Shown here in pieces: positions 9,542 to 18,977 of a stretch of DNA of 64,000 bases. Source of the DNA: an uncultured Bdellovibrionales bacterium (lineage in GTDB: Bacteria; Patescibacteriota; Minisyncoccia; Moranbacterales; UBA1568); NCBI GenBank assembly GCA_964436855.1, contig CAYTED010000001.1, positions 135,059 through 199,058 on the forward strand. Direction: 5' to 3'. The position numbers and the translations under genes were made by a program. The notes beneath the pieces are model-generated. The model did no database searches, was not told where the DNA came from, and was given only the letters and a program-made list of their open reading frames with translations. Every line of letters begins with the position of its first letter. Within the stretch, counting starts at the first letter, position 1.

Positions 9542-10831
9542 CTATTTCCGTTCCTCGAGTTTTACCTTCACTTCTTTTTCCTCTCCCTTGTGCCAAATCT
9601 TGAGAGTCACTTCCGCTCCTGGCGCATACTGACCGATCACACTCGAAAGTGCATGATTTTTATCAAGTTTTGTCCCATCGATCTCAAGAATAATATCGTT
9701 TTCCACAAGCCCCACCTTATCAGCCGGCGATCCCGGAATAACCGCGAAATCCCGAACGGTTTCTCCGCGAGCAATAAAGACTCCGTAATCATACGCAAGA
9801 CCAAGTTCTTTTTTCATCGCTTCGTCGATCGGAACATACCGCACCCCAAGAAATGCGGTCGATATTTTCCCGGTTGTCTTCACTTGTTCGATTACCCGCT
9901 TCACTTGATTGATCGGAATGGCAAAACCGATATTTTCAGCACCCTGCGCCATCGCAACATTGACTCCGATCACTTCTCCTGAAACATTGAGGAGTGGTCC
10001 GCCGGAATTCCCGGGATTAATTGCCGCGTCGGTCTGAATAATGTCGAGGAGTTGTTCCGTATCGCCAAATCCCGATCCGGCCGTCACGCTTCGCTTGAGT
10101 CCCGACACGATGCCGCGCGACACCGAATTGGCAAATTCCCCGAGCGGATTGCCGATCGCAATCACCGTCTGCCCCGGCTTGAGCGAATCGGAATCTCCAA
10201 GCGGAAGATTCATAAAGTGGGACCCCTCGATCTTTACCAGCGCGATATCGTTTGATGGATCGCGAGCCAGTACGGTCGCGGGATACTCCGTTTCCCCCAC
10301 AAGCACGGTGTAATTTGCCGATTCATCAGAGACAACGTGCTTATTCGTTACAATCAATCCGTCATCCGAGACAAAAAACCCCGACCCGCTCCCCACCTGT
10401 TGTTGTTCCGTTCCGCCATTCCCCTGACCGCGCCCTTCGTGAGACGGATCACCGAAAAAAAACGGAAATCCGCCGAACGGCGATTGGAAAAAATTTCGGT
10501 ATTTCGGAACGTCTTTCGTAATAACGATACTCACCGTTCCCGACATCGACCGTTCAACGGCGGAAATAATTGCATTATCATCTTCAACAACCCGTTTTGT
10601 CTCGACCGATACCGCATCTTTTTTGTCTTGATTCGAAGGAAAGAAACGGGTAAACATTCCTTTGGAAACCAAAAGTCCAAAGAGTCCGATCGCGATCAAC
10701 GCCCCGGACAATCCGCCGATCATGCCGGCAAGGAAAAAAGTTCGACTCCGATCCTGTTTCCGATGCGCATCGGAGATATGTTCCGCATCAGAAACGGTTT
10801 TTTCTTCGGAAGAAAGAGGTGTTTCATCCAT
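9542..10831 (-). CDS. htrA: HtrA/DegP-family serine protease with one PDZ domain
   Basis: TM anchor, GSGSGF, TNKHVV, NDIAL, IQTDAAINPGNSGGPL, PDZ domain. Confidence 0.93.
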   Translation of the reverse strand: MDETPLSSEEKTVSDAEHISDAHRKQDRSRTFFLAGMIGGLSGALIAIGLFGLLVSKGMFTRFFPSNQDKKDAVSVETKRVVEDDNAIISAVERSMSGTVSIVITKDVPKYRNFFQSPFGGFPFFFGDPSHEGRGQGNGGTEQQQVGSGSGFFVSDDGLIVTNKHVVSDESANYTVLVGETEYPATVLARDPSNDIALVKIEGSHFMNLPLGDSDSLKPGQTVIAIGNPLGEFANSVSRGIVSGLKRSVTAGSGFGDTEQLLDIIQTDAAINPGNSGGPLLNVSGEVIGVNVAMAQGAENIGFAIPINQVKRVIEQVKTTGKISTAFLGVRYVPIDEAMKKELGLAYDYGVFIARGETVRDFAVIPGSPADKVGLVENDIILEIDGTKLDKNHALSSVIGQYAPGAEVTLKIWHKGEEKEVKVKLEERK

Positions 10832-10876
10832 AATACTGTTCGTTCAATAGTTACCGAAAGAAATTCCAAGAGATCA

Positions 10877-11947
10877 TTACAAGAAAAATGCCGCTTCTCC
10901 GGGATTTTCTTTCAAGAGATCTTTTTCGAATGCCCGCATCGTCGGATCCCGAAACTCTATGCGCGCCGTTTCAAAATTCCAATTATATTCCGTATCCAGA
11001 ACCCATATTTTCATTTTCTTCATTTCTTCGGAAAGAAAATCCGCATAGACCGGCTTTCGGGTAAAAATCTGCCGGAGATGATATGATTTTTCCCCGTTTT
11101 CTTCTCGGATATCTTCCACGAGAACGATATGAAACCCCAATGAGCTCTCAAGAATATCCGTTGGAACGCCTTTTTTTGCATTTTCAACCGAATTTTGAAG
11201 CTCCGGCGCGAGATCTTCGGATACAAACCACCCGAGCGATCCGCCATCTGACGATGTCTTTCCTTCGGAATATTCCGTTGCAACGGAAGAAAACGATCGG
11301 CCGGAAGACAAAGCATCCGCCGCCTCACGTATCCGCTCGCGAGCGCGCGAAGTAACCGGAGATTCTTTTTCAAACACCTTCGCAAGCTCCTCTTGATAGA
11401 GTGCCGGCTTCACGATAGTTTTCTGAAAATCCGCAAGCGACCACCCATAGAGTCGCTTCATATCTTCGGTAACACGATCCCGCGATCCGTATTCATCAAG
11501 CTTTCTACGAACACTCTCTTCCGTCATTTCATCGGTTACCACGATTCCGCGAGCACGTGCAAGAGATTCCGCGGCGGCATCCTCAATCATCTTATTCAAA
11601 AGTTCCTTCTCTCGTATCTTCAGTCGCTTCATCCCATCTTCCGTGGAAAAATCTATTCGAATACCGTACGGAGAAAGATCCTGTGTTTCATAAAATCTCC
11701 GAATAGACGCGACATTTCGAGCAACTTCCGAAAATGAAAGAAAAGAAGTCTGATTCACGATAATTGCCGGAAACGGAGACACTCTTCGAACGGCATTGCC
11801 AAGCGCCCCCGGCACGGCATATGAGAAAACAACAAAAAGCGACAACAAAAGAAAAGCCAGCCCCAAAAAAGCAAACAACGGGATCTTGAGACGCGATCGC
11901 AATATATTGCCGTGAGTTTCTGTTTCCATAATATTTTTTTCATTCAA
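10877..11947 (-). CDS. SurA/PrsA-like parvulin peptidyl-prolyl isomerase
   Basis: N-terminal TM, SurA_N-like helical region, rotamase motif FSSVATEYSE..GGSLGW..ESSLGFHIV. Confidence 0.85.
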   Translation of the reverse strand: MNEKNIMETETHGNILRSRLKIPLFAFLGLAFLLLSLFVVFSYAVPGALGNAVRRVSPFPAIIVNQTSFLSFSEVARNVASIRRFYETQDLSPYGIRIDFSTEDGMKRLKIREKELLNKMIEDAAAESLARARGIVVTDEMTEESVRRKLDEYGSRDRVTEDMKRLYGWSLADFQKTIVKPALYQEELAKVFEKESPVTSRARERIREAADALSSGRSFSSVATEYSEGKTSSDGGSLGWFVSEDLAPELQNSVENAKKGVPTDILESSLGFHIVLVEDIREENGEKSYHLRQIFTRKPVYADFLSEEMKKMKIWVLDTEYNWNFETARIEFRDPTMRAFEKDLLKENPGEAAFFL

Positions 11948-12330
11948 CGAAAAAGATCAAGCCACTGTTCCCAATTCGATCGCCGCACTCGCACGCCTCG
12001 ACTCTTTGCTCCGGCATCCTCTCCGCGCTTTCCTTCTTCCGATTCTTCACCCCGAAGCACCACCACCCTCTCATCCGTCTTCCGGTATCCGAGTTTTTCC
12101 TTCGCTTCACGCTCCTGAAAGGAATCCGATGAAAAATAATCTATTTTTTCTTTTAGCGCCTCGTTTTCTTCCTTCAGAGAAGACGCTTCCTGCTTTAATC
12201 GGTCAATGTCGGTTTCGATACCATTACTTCGCTCACGTTCTTTTCTGGAAAGAATGACCAGCCACACGGAAAGAAGAACCACGAGAAAAAGGGCTATCCT
12301 CGAAAATACCGATACGGACGATTCTTTCAT
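11944..12330 (-). CDS. Septum formation initiator (FtsB/DivIC family)
   Basis: Single TM, coiled coil, then EREAKEKLGYRKTDERV. Confidence 0.85.
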   Translation of the reverse strand: MKESSVSVFSRIALFLVVLLSVWLVILSRKERERSNGIETDIDRLKQEASSLKEENEALKEKIDYFSSDSFQEREAKEKLGYRKTDERVVVLRGEESEEGKRGEDAGAKSRGVRVRRSNWEQWLDLFR

Positions 12331-12362
12331 ACGTCTTCTTCCTCGGATTCGCCCGAATCAAA

Positions 12363-12473
12363 TCAATAGAAAAACGGCGCAAAAAGAAAAACGATCATCG
12401 AAAGCGCCACCAGAATCGAGAGAGCCACCCATGCCGCGTATATTTTTCTGTGCCGACTGCGAAAATCTTTCAT
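12363..12473 (-). CDS. Small single-pass membrane protein (36 aa)
   Basis: Manual translation MKDFRSRHRKIYAAWVALSILVALSMIVFLFAPFFY*: basic N-terminus plus a TM helix. Co-oriented and fills the gap between neighbours; below the ORF-track cutoff. Confidence 0.55.
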   Translation of the reverse strand: MKDFRSRHRKIYAAWVALSILVALSMIVFLFAPFFY

Positions 12474-12507
12474 ACCTGATCAGTATATCGTTTTTTTCAC
12501 ACAAAGA

Positions 12508-14538
12508 CTACCCCTCGGAATCTTTCCGAATGGATTGAATCATCGACCGGAGATCGGAAAGATTCGTCTCGGAACGTTTTCGAAGTGGGCGAATTTTCTT
12601 CGGCTCCATATGCGATACCTGCGAAAGTGTAACCGGACGATCAGAGGAAACATAGGCTACCGCTTCAATTTTTTTTTGCCCGGAAGATTCCTTCGGGCGA
12701 CTTCGTTGCCGATCCTTTTCTTCGGATGCTCGCGAAGATACGGCTCTGTCACCTGATTCTTTGTTTCGATTGGTGGTATTTCTCGCATTTGCCATTGCGC
12801 GTTGATAATCCCGCAGACAATCCTTGCAAAACGTCGGACGACTCCCATCCGGCTCAAACGGAACCTGAATATCGATTCCGCACGTATCGCACACCGCCTG
12901 ATAGAGCGTTCGCTCCGGTAATTCGGCATTATCGGAAACGGCAATGGGAGTAACAACACCTTCTCTTGCTCGTTTCGGCAAGGGAACGCTTTTCGATTCT
13001 TCTTTCGCTGGCGGAAGCGGATTTTTTTCTTCTTTCGGTACCGCCGCCCGCGCCTTTGTCTCGGTTGGCGCGAATGATTCTTGTTCCGTTTTTTTCGGCA
13101 GTATCGACAATTTCTTCTCCTTCAAAAATGACTCCTGTGTTTGCAATCCTTCATTCGACGCATCGTACCGAACGCGAGTTTTCGAAGGGCGTTCCTCGCG
13201 ATTTGGTACGCGTCGGTCCCCTTCGGCAATCGCTCGGCGCTCTTCTGCCGTAAGCATCCCGCTCCATCGGCGAATCTTGTCTTCCACCTCCTCACGCGAT
13301 GTCGCATACCGCTCCCGCGTCACACGAATCACCTTCTCCTCATTTTCAGCCGTCCCTTCTACGCGGATCGGCGGAAGCGTAATTGCGGAAAACGCATCAC
13401 CCGCGATCCCATCGATCATCAATTTGAGATAAATATGATACTTCGGAAGATTCACCAAGTCATTCGCCACAAACACCGGCTCGAATTCTTTTTCGAGAAA
13501 TTCTCCGTCCATCGCCCCGACCCGAAAGGATATAAGCGTCCCGGCATTCCCGAAAATCGCATTGCGCACTTTCTCGTCAATCTGTTCTACATATTGATTC
13601 GCAAGAATAAGGTTCAGACGGTATTTCCGGGCTTCGGAAAGAATATTCGCGAACGACTCCGTCGCAAAGTTCTGGAATTCATCGACATAGAGGTAGAAAT
13701 CATTTCGGGTTTCTTCGGGAATATCCACTCGCGCCATCGCGGCGAGCTGGATCTTCGTGATCATCATCGCGCCGAGGAGCGCGCTGTTGTCTTCGCCGAT
13801 CCGCCCCTTCGAAAGATTCATAATGAGGATTTTCTTCCCGTCCATCACGTCGCGAATATCAAAAGTCGATACCGTCTGACCCACGATATTGCGGATCAGG
13901 GAACTCGAGAGGAACTGCCCGACCTTGTTCTGGATCGGAGAAATCACTTCCTGAAGCACCCGATCATTCCACTTCGGAAATTCATCCACCCAAAACGACC
14001 GGATCACGGGATCGGTGATTTTCTCCACCACACGCTCCCGATATGATTTGTCGACAAGAATACGCGTTACGCCAAGAAGGGTCGACCCGGGATATTCAAG
14101 CAATGCGAGGATGGCGTTTCGCAAAATGTATTCGAGGCGCGGCCCCCACGAATCCGCCCAAATTTTCTTAAAGACACTGACGAGACCCGAAGCGACCAAG
14201 TGCCGATATTCGGGTGCAACTTTCTCCATCACATTGAACGCGATCGGGAAATCCTGATCTGCCGGATTGAAATAGATGACATCATTGATCCGATTCGCCG
14301 GAATCGCTTTGATCAATTTCTCCGACGTGTCGCCGTGTGGGTCGATGTAGGCGACTCCGTGACCATTCTGAATATCCTGAATGACAAGATTTTCGAGAAG
14401 ATTCGTCTTCCCCATACCCGTCTTTCCAATAATATACATATGCCGACGACGATCGTCAGTTTTGATACCGAACACGCGCTCCTGGTGCCGGAAATTCGTT
14501 TTCGCAAAAAAAGTGATTTCGTGTTTTTCCATACGCAA
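12508..14538 (-). CDS. VirD4/TraG/HerA-like coupling-type ATPase with C-terminal CxxC-x17-CxxC zinc ribbon
   Basis: DDRRRHMYIIGKTGMGKT (Walker A), YIDPHGD, LYVDEFQNF, LSEARKY, and CDTC..VPFEPDGSRPTFCKDC. Confidence 0.88.
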   Translation of the reverse strand: MRMEKHEITFFAKTNFRHQERVFGIKTDDRRRHMYIIGKTGMGKTNLLENLVIQDIQNGHGVAYIDPHGDTSEKLIKAIPANRINDVIYFNPADQDFPIAFNVMEKVAPEYRHLVASGLVSVFKKIWADSWGPRLEYILRNAILALLEYPGSTLLGVTRILVDKSYRERVVEKITDPVIRSFWVDEFPKWNDRVLQEVISPIQNKVGQFLSSSLIRNIVGQTVSTFDIRDVMDGKKILIMNLSKGRIGEDNSALLGAMMITKIQLAAMARVDIPEETRNDFYLYVDEFQNFATESFANILSEARKYRLNLILANQYVEQIDEKVRNAIFGNAGTLISFRVGAMDGEFLEKEFEPVFVANDLVNLPKYHIYLKLMIDGIAGDAFSAITLPPIRVEGTAENEEKVIRVTRERYATSREEVEDKIRRWSGMLTAEERRAIAEGDRRVPNREERPSKTRVRYDASNEGLQTQESFLKEKKLSILPKKTEQESFAPTETKARAAVPKEEKNPLPPAKEESKSVPLPKRAREGVVTPIAVSDNAELPERTLYQAVCDTCGIDIQVPFEPDGSRPTFCKDCLRDYQRAMANARNTTNRNKESGDRAVSSRASEEKDRQRSRPKESSGQKKIEAVAYVSSDRPVTLSQVSHMEPKKIRPLRKRSETNLSDLRSMIQSIRKDSEG

Positions 14539-15831
14539 TTATTCGACAGGAAGATTTGCGGGCGCTCCGCCCTGCTTCGCCAGAACACGCGGAAGGGTCG
14601 GCGTCGCCACTACCATGTCGGGAATATGAAATACCGTCGCTAATTCTTCGGAACTCATATAAAACGTATTATCTCCGGCATCCCAATCCCGATCGCGATA
14701 CCGATAGTAGATCAGCCGCTGACGAAAACGAAGTCTCGGCTCAACAAAGAGAAAGTTCGCGTACGTCTTCGTGTCATCGATCGGCTTCACCCCGTTCAAA
14801 TTCATATCATTGAACTGCTTGATCGCACCAATAAGGGCGGACACCCCGGTACTCTTATCAAACACTTCCCGGCGACCGAGATAAAGATAGCGCATCTTGA
14901 TTTGAAACTGTTGCTTCCCGATATTCGATTCAAGTGCTTTTAAAATTTCTTTTTGCCCCGGCGTCAAACGAAACTCCAGTGGTTGCAGTTCCTTTTTCTC
15001 CGTTTTTAAATCGGTGAACTGCGGCTCAAGTGCCATCATCGCCGTCGGAATATTTTTCCCGATATCAAGAATATCGATGCCGAGTTGCTTGAAAAGACTA
15101 ACCTGCTCCGCCTCCGTCGCACCGATCAATCGCTGCACCGCCGGCTTTCCAAATTCTTTCACCCAATCCCCTTCCTTGCCGCGTGGCGCAACCAAATACT
15201 GAAGCCACATATGCTGCCCGGGGCCGGTCTTTGCCATCACTTCGGCAACTCCGGCGAGCGGATCAATCATTTTTCCGGTTACCGTTTCATCAAAGAATCG
15301 ATAGGTGCGTATCGGTATTGCCTGCTCTTTATTGGTAAATTCAAACTCGGTCCCCCAGAGGTCCCATTCTTTGTTTGGAATAGTCACCGGGACCCGCTCG
15401 ATATAGTCGGGAACCTCAAGAATCTCGATATTCGGATACTGCGCATAAAAATGCGCCTCGATCAAATTCTGATATTTTTTTTGCGTCCGGATATAGAAGT
15501 GCACATCTCCCTCCGTTCCGACGATTTCAAAACTGAAATAATCCGGAAGAAATCCCTGAATATACACTTCGACAATCGTCGGGTTTTTAATAACACCCGC
15601 GAGTCCGGCAAAAATCGACTCCATCAATTTCGGACTTTTTTCAACATCTTTCGGCGGGATAATCTCAAGCATTGTGCTTTTCAGCGAATGCTGATATTTC
15701 CGACGAACAAATTTAAGCCACAAAATCCTAAAAAGATAATAAAATGCGAATGGAAAAACAAGAAACCAAATATCGAGCACGACCCCGAAAATCCCGGAAA
15801 TTCCCTGAAAGAATTCTTGAAAAACATTCAT
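14539..15831 (-). CDS. Conserved membrane-anchored hypothetical protein adjoining the coupling-type ATPase
   Basis: 430 aa, N-terminal TM, FSFEI, HFYAQYP, EELATVFHIP, PANLP; abuts the ATPase start. Confidence 0.8.
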   Translation of the reverse strand: MNVFQEFFQGISGIFGVVLDIWFLVFPFAFYYLFRILWLKFVRRKYQHSLKSTMLEIIPPKDVEKSPKLMESIFAGLAGVIKNPTIVEVYIQGFLPDYFSFEIVGTEGDVHFYIRTQKKYQNLIEAHFYAQYPNIEILEVPDYIERVPVTIPNKEWDLWGTEFEFTNKEQAIPIRTYRFFDETVTGKMIDPLAGVAEVMAKTGPGQHMWLQYLVAPRGKEGDWVKEFGKPAVQRLIGATEAEQVSLFKQLGIDILDIGKNIPTAMMALEPQFTDLKTEKKELQPLEFRLTPGQKEILKALESNIGKQQFQIKMRYLYLGRREVFDKSTGVSALIGAIKQFNDMNLNGVKPIDDTKTYANFLFVEPRLRFRQRLIYYRYRDRDWDAGDNTFYMSSEELATVFHIPDMVVATPTLPRVLAKQGGAPANLPVE

Positions 15832-15995
15832 AGCATCGGACGCTTCGGAAGGTTCTCCGTTACGCCAAAAGTATTGTAAAAATGTATCGAAACAAACAAC
15901 TCGTGAAAACGAAAAGCTTGAAAGCTTCTGCGTTTGCGTAAAATTTTTCCGTCACAGTCATCCCGCGTGGAAATGTTCGGAAAAACGAGCCGACA

Positions 15996-17075
15996 TTATT
16001 TCTTTCCCGTCTTCGCTGCCGTATAGAGATTCTTTCCCGCTTTCTCAAAAAAGAGATTCAAGTTAATCGCAACCGTCGAACGTTTTACTTCTCGAACTTT
16101 GAGCACTTCCGAGAGAATCGCCTCCTTCGACATCGGCGCCTTTGATTTCGCGAGAATGTCCGTAATAACATCTTTGACCGTTCCTTTGCGATACCCCCAG
16201 TCGGAAAGCGCATAAATCCCTCGCCCTACCAAAACAAAATCGGTATCCTTAATAAGTTCGTTGTGTACGGTCTGCGGATGCGTTTTTCGTCCCTCGCGAT
16301 TGAGCGCATATGTATCGATTTTTTCCGCAATCTCGCGAAAATGCATCGGCTTTCCGTTCATCTTCAACACCAGTCGCGCCTTCTCTCGTGTTCCGCGAGG
16401 TCGCACTTCGCTCCAGTGAGCAAGTCCCCACTTCCCAAACACATTCTCAAGCACCTCCGCCGAAACCTGAAGAAATCGTCGGACATTATCGGCAGAAATA
16501 TCCGGATGTTCTTTTTTCAAATGCACGAGAAATTCATCCCACTCAAGCACTTGCTTCGCATTTCCGAGAACCTTTTTTGCATTCTCGTGAACAGATTCCC
16601 AATATTCGAGAGAAAAATCCGTCAGACGATATGCCGCCATTCGTCCTTTTTCCATTTTTTCAAAATGAACAAATGGAAGACATTCAACAAACACAAGGAG
16701 AGCGCCAGACTCGCGAGCGTCATTTGCAGAGAGCTTCTTTTTCAAGGATTCCGCTTCCATTATACCATCGTTCTCGCGAAGGGTCGACTCGATCGTTTCT
16801 TTTGCGGAAAGAAACAGTGGGTGCTCTTTTTGAGTACGAATCAACCGAAGCCCATGCTCAACCACCTGCCTCACTCGTTCACGAGTAATTTTGTACGATC
16901 GCCCGATTTCCTCAAGTGTTTTCGGCTCGCCGGAAATCACACCAAAACGAGCTTCGAGAATATCCCGACTCCGTTCCGGAAGCCCCTGTAAAAGTTCGGT
17001 CAATGCGGAAACAAAAGAAAAGCGCTTCGCTTCCTTGGATATGCTCTTTATGGCTTTTTTGGGTTCATTTTTCAT
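15996..17075 (-). CDS. Sigma70 region-4 HTH fused to winged-helix (HARE-HTH/RpoE-like) domains
   Basis: LPERSRDILEARFG..TLEEIGRSYKITRERVRQV, then PMHFREIA..QTVHNELIKD..FVLVGRGIYAL. Confidence 0.8.
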   Translation of the reverse strand: MKNEPKKAIKSISKEAKRFSFVSALTELLQGLPERSRDILEARFGVISGEPKTLEEIGRSYKITRERVRQVVEHGLRLIRTQKEHPLFLSAKETIESTLRENDGIMEAESLKKKLSANDARESGALLVFVECLPFVHFEKMEKGRMAAYRLTDFSLEYWESVHENAKKVLGNAKQVLEWDEFLVHLKKEHPDISADNVRRFLQVSAEVLENVFGKWGLAHWSEVRPRGTREKARLVLKMNGKPMHFREIAEKIDTYALNREGRKTHPQTVHNELIKDTDFVLVGRGIYALSDWGYRKGTVKDVITDILAKSKAPMSKEAILSEVLKVREVKRSTVAINLNLFFEKAGKNLYTAAKTGKK

Positions 17076-17141
17076 AGAGATTATGGGATATACAGAGTCC
17101 TCAAACCGTCCTAATACATTACCGCATAATCCCCTATTTTG

Positions 17142-17711
17142 TCAAGACTTTTCGGAAGGTATGAGAAAGTCCTCGAATTTTTTCCGAAGTTTCGCAAGTT
17201 TCGGATTGATAACGATTTCGCAATACGGGACCGCGGTGTTTTTTTCGTAATACCGGTTGTGATACGATTCCGCCGGATACAACCGCGCCAATAATCGAAC
17301 CTCGGTCACGATCGGGTCCGAAAAAATTTTCTCACGCTCCAATTCGGAAATTTTTTCAAGAACAAACAGACGATCGGAGTCCGTCTCAACAAACACAATG
17401 GAGCGATACTGGGTCCCCGTGTCATTTCCCTGACGATTGAGTGTCGTTGGGTCATGAAGTGAGAAAAAAATATCAAGAATATTCGAAAGAGAAATCTCCG
17501 ACTCGTTATACAAAACCTCCACCACCTCGGCATGTCCCGTATCGCCGCGACTCACGTCTTCATACGTCGGATTTTCCATTGCGCCGCCGGCATATCCGGA
17601 TTGCACCGACACGACTCCGCGCACCCGAAGAAACACCGCCTCCAAACACCAGAAACACCCTCCGCCCAACACAATTTTTTTCATATTTTTATGATTCATA
17701 TTTTTTATCAC
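17142..17711 (-). CDS. msrA: Peptide-methionine (S)-S-oxide reductase
   Basis: GGGCFWC, TGHAEVV, HDPT..RQGND.GTQYRS, AESYH. Confidence 0.95.
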   Translation of the reverse strand: MIKNMNHKNMKKIVLGGGCFWCLEAVFLRVRGVVSVQSGYAGGAMENPTYEDVSRGDTGHAEVVEVLYNESEISLSNILDIFFSLHDPTTLNRQGNDTGTQYRSIVFVETDSDRLFVLEKISELEREKIFSDPIVTEVRLLARLYPAESYHNRYYEKNTAVPYCEIVINPKLAKLRKKFEDFLIPSEKS

Positions 17712-18511
17712 ACGGAAACACGGAAAAGAATCATCGATTTTTTCACCGGCTTCGGAATAGAAAGATGGTCGCCTGTCGGATACTCTCGAATCGCCTCAAA
17801 AAATCGTCGAAGCGGATATCGATATTTCTTTCCGAATTTCGTTCCCGGATCGTTGGTAATCACTTCCCCTGTCTTTCCATCATACCCGATGGCAATAAGC
17901 ATATGCCGCTCCGGTCCCGGCGCCGTATAGTGCGGATTCTGAAGCGCTTGACCATTGGTTTGCACCAACAAGATATTTCCCGAACGAAGCTCGTCTTGAA
18001 TATCCTTTTCCGTTACGTCGCTCCGATACACGGCATCCTCTCGATCGAAATAATCCCGAAGCACTGCTGCCGAATCGGTAAGCGAAAGATCTCTTGATGT
18101 TCCGTACCGCTTCTCAAGATACGTCGCGAGTATCCGCATATCGCTTTTCATCGTCTCCGTCGTCAGAACTTTCCCTTCGAGAAAACGCACCAAAAGAAGC
18201 ATCGACGCCTCCTCGCAACCGTCCTGATAGAGCGAATCCCTCCAATTCCCATCCGGCGCCTGCGATACAAACGGCATATCGTACGGTTTTGAAAAAACAG
18301 GAGTCCTTTCTTTTGGTTCTTCTTGCGTGAACGACTGCAAAGAAACCGCTTCCAATGAAACTTCTTTTTCCGTTCCTTCGGTAGAAATAAAGGAGGTGTC
18401 ATTCGGTTTGTGTTCCGGCGACAAGGCGGGCTCTTTGAATCGAAATCGGAAGAAAAATATTCCCCCGCCGATGCACAACGCGCCGATCACCCAAACAAAA
18501 AATTTCCGCAT
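17708..18511 (-). CDS. Membrane-anchored C39-like cysteine peptidase
   Basis: PFVSQAP..W..QDGCEEAS, HMLIAIGYD, ITNDPG. Confidence 0.8.
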   Translation of the reverse strand: MRKFFVWVIGALCIGGGIFFFRFRFKEPALSPEHKPNDTSFISTEGTEKEVSLEAVSLQSFTQEEPKERTPVFSKPYDMPFVSQAPDGNWRDSLYQDGCEEASMLLLVRFLEGKVLTTETMKSDMRILATYLEKRYGTSRDLSLTDSAAVLRDYFDREDAVYRSDVTEKDIQDELRSGNILLVQTNGQALQNPHYTAPGPERHMLIAIGYDGKTGEVITNDPGTKFGKKYRYPLRRFFEAIREYPTGDHLSIPKPVKKSMILFRVSV

Positions 18512-18517
18512 AATATC

Positions 18518-18907
18518 TTATTCTTCCTTCGGTGCAAACTTCATCGAAAGCGAATTCACGCAATGGCGAACATTTTTCTCGGTCAATCGCTCTCCCTCAA
18601 ATATATGCCCGAGGTGTCCGCCACAATTCATGCAAGTAATTTCCGTACGCATTCCATCCGCATCGGGCGTCCGTTTTACCGCTCCCGAAATTTCCTGATC
18701 AAAAGAAGGCCATCCGCAACCGGAGTGAAACTTATCTGTCGACCGATAAAGCGGCGCGTCGCACCGCCGGCAAAGATATGTTCCCTCGCGAAAAAAATCG
18801 TCATATTCTCCGGTGAACGGCGCCTCCGTCCCCTTATTCACGATAACTCGCTCTTCTTCCGGTGTCAGTGTATTGAAAGTCATACGCATTTCTTTATGGT
18901 TTTTCAT
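18518..18907 (-). CDS. msrB: Methionine-R-sulfoxide reductase
   Basis: [42 protein letters not shown]. Confidence 0.95.
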   Translation of the reverse strand: MKNHKEMRMTFNTLTPEEERVIVNKGTEAPFTGEYDDFFREGTYLCRRCDAPLYRSTDKFHSGCGWPSFDQEISGAVKRTPDADGMRTEITCMNCGGHLGHIFEGERLTEKNVRHCVNSLSMKFAPKEE

Positions 18908-18931
18908 TATACCCCCTTTCTTCTCCAAACC

Positions 18932-18957
18932 AAAAACACCTCCGAAAAGAGGTGTTC
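18932..18957 (-). terminator. Probable intrinsic terminator of the helicase gene
   Basis: AACACCTC-cgaaaa-GAGGTGTT with an adjacent A-run on the plus strand. Confidence 0.55.
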
Positions 18958-18977
18958 TCGAATATTTTCAAACAAGA

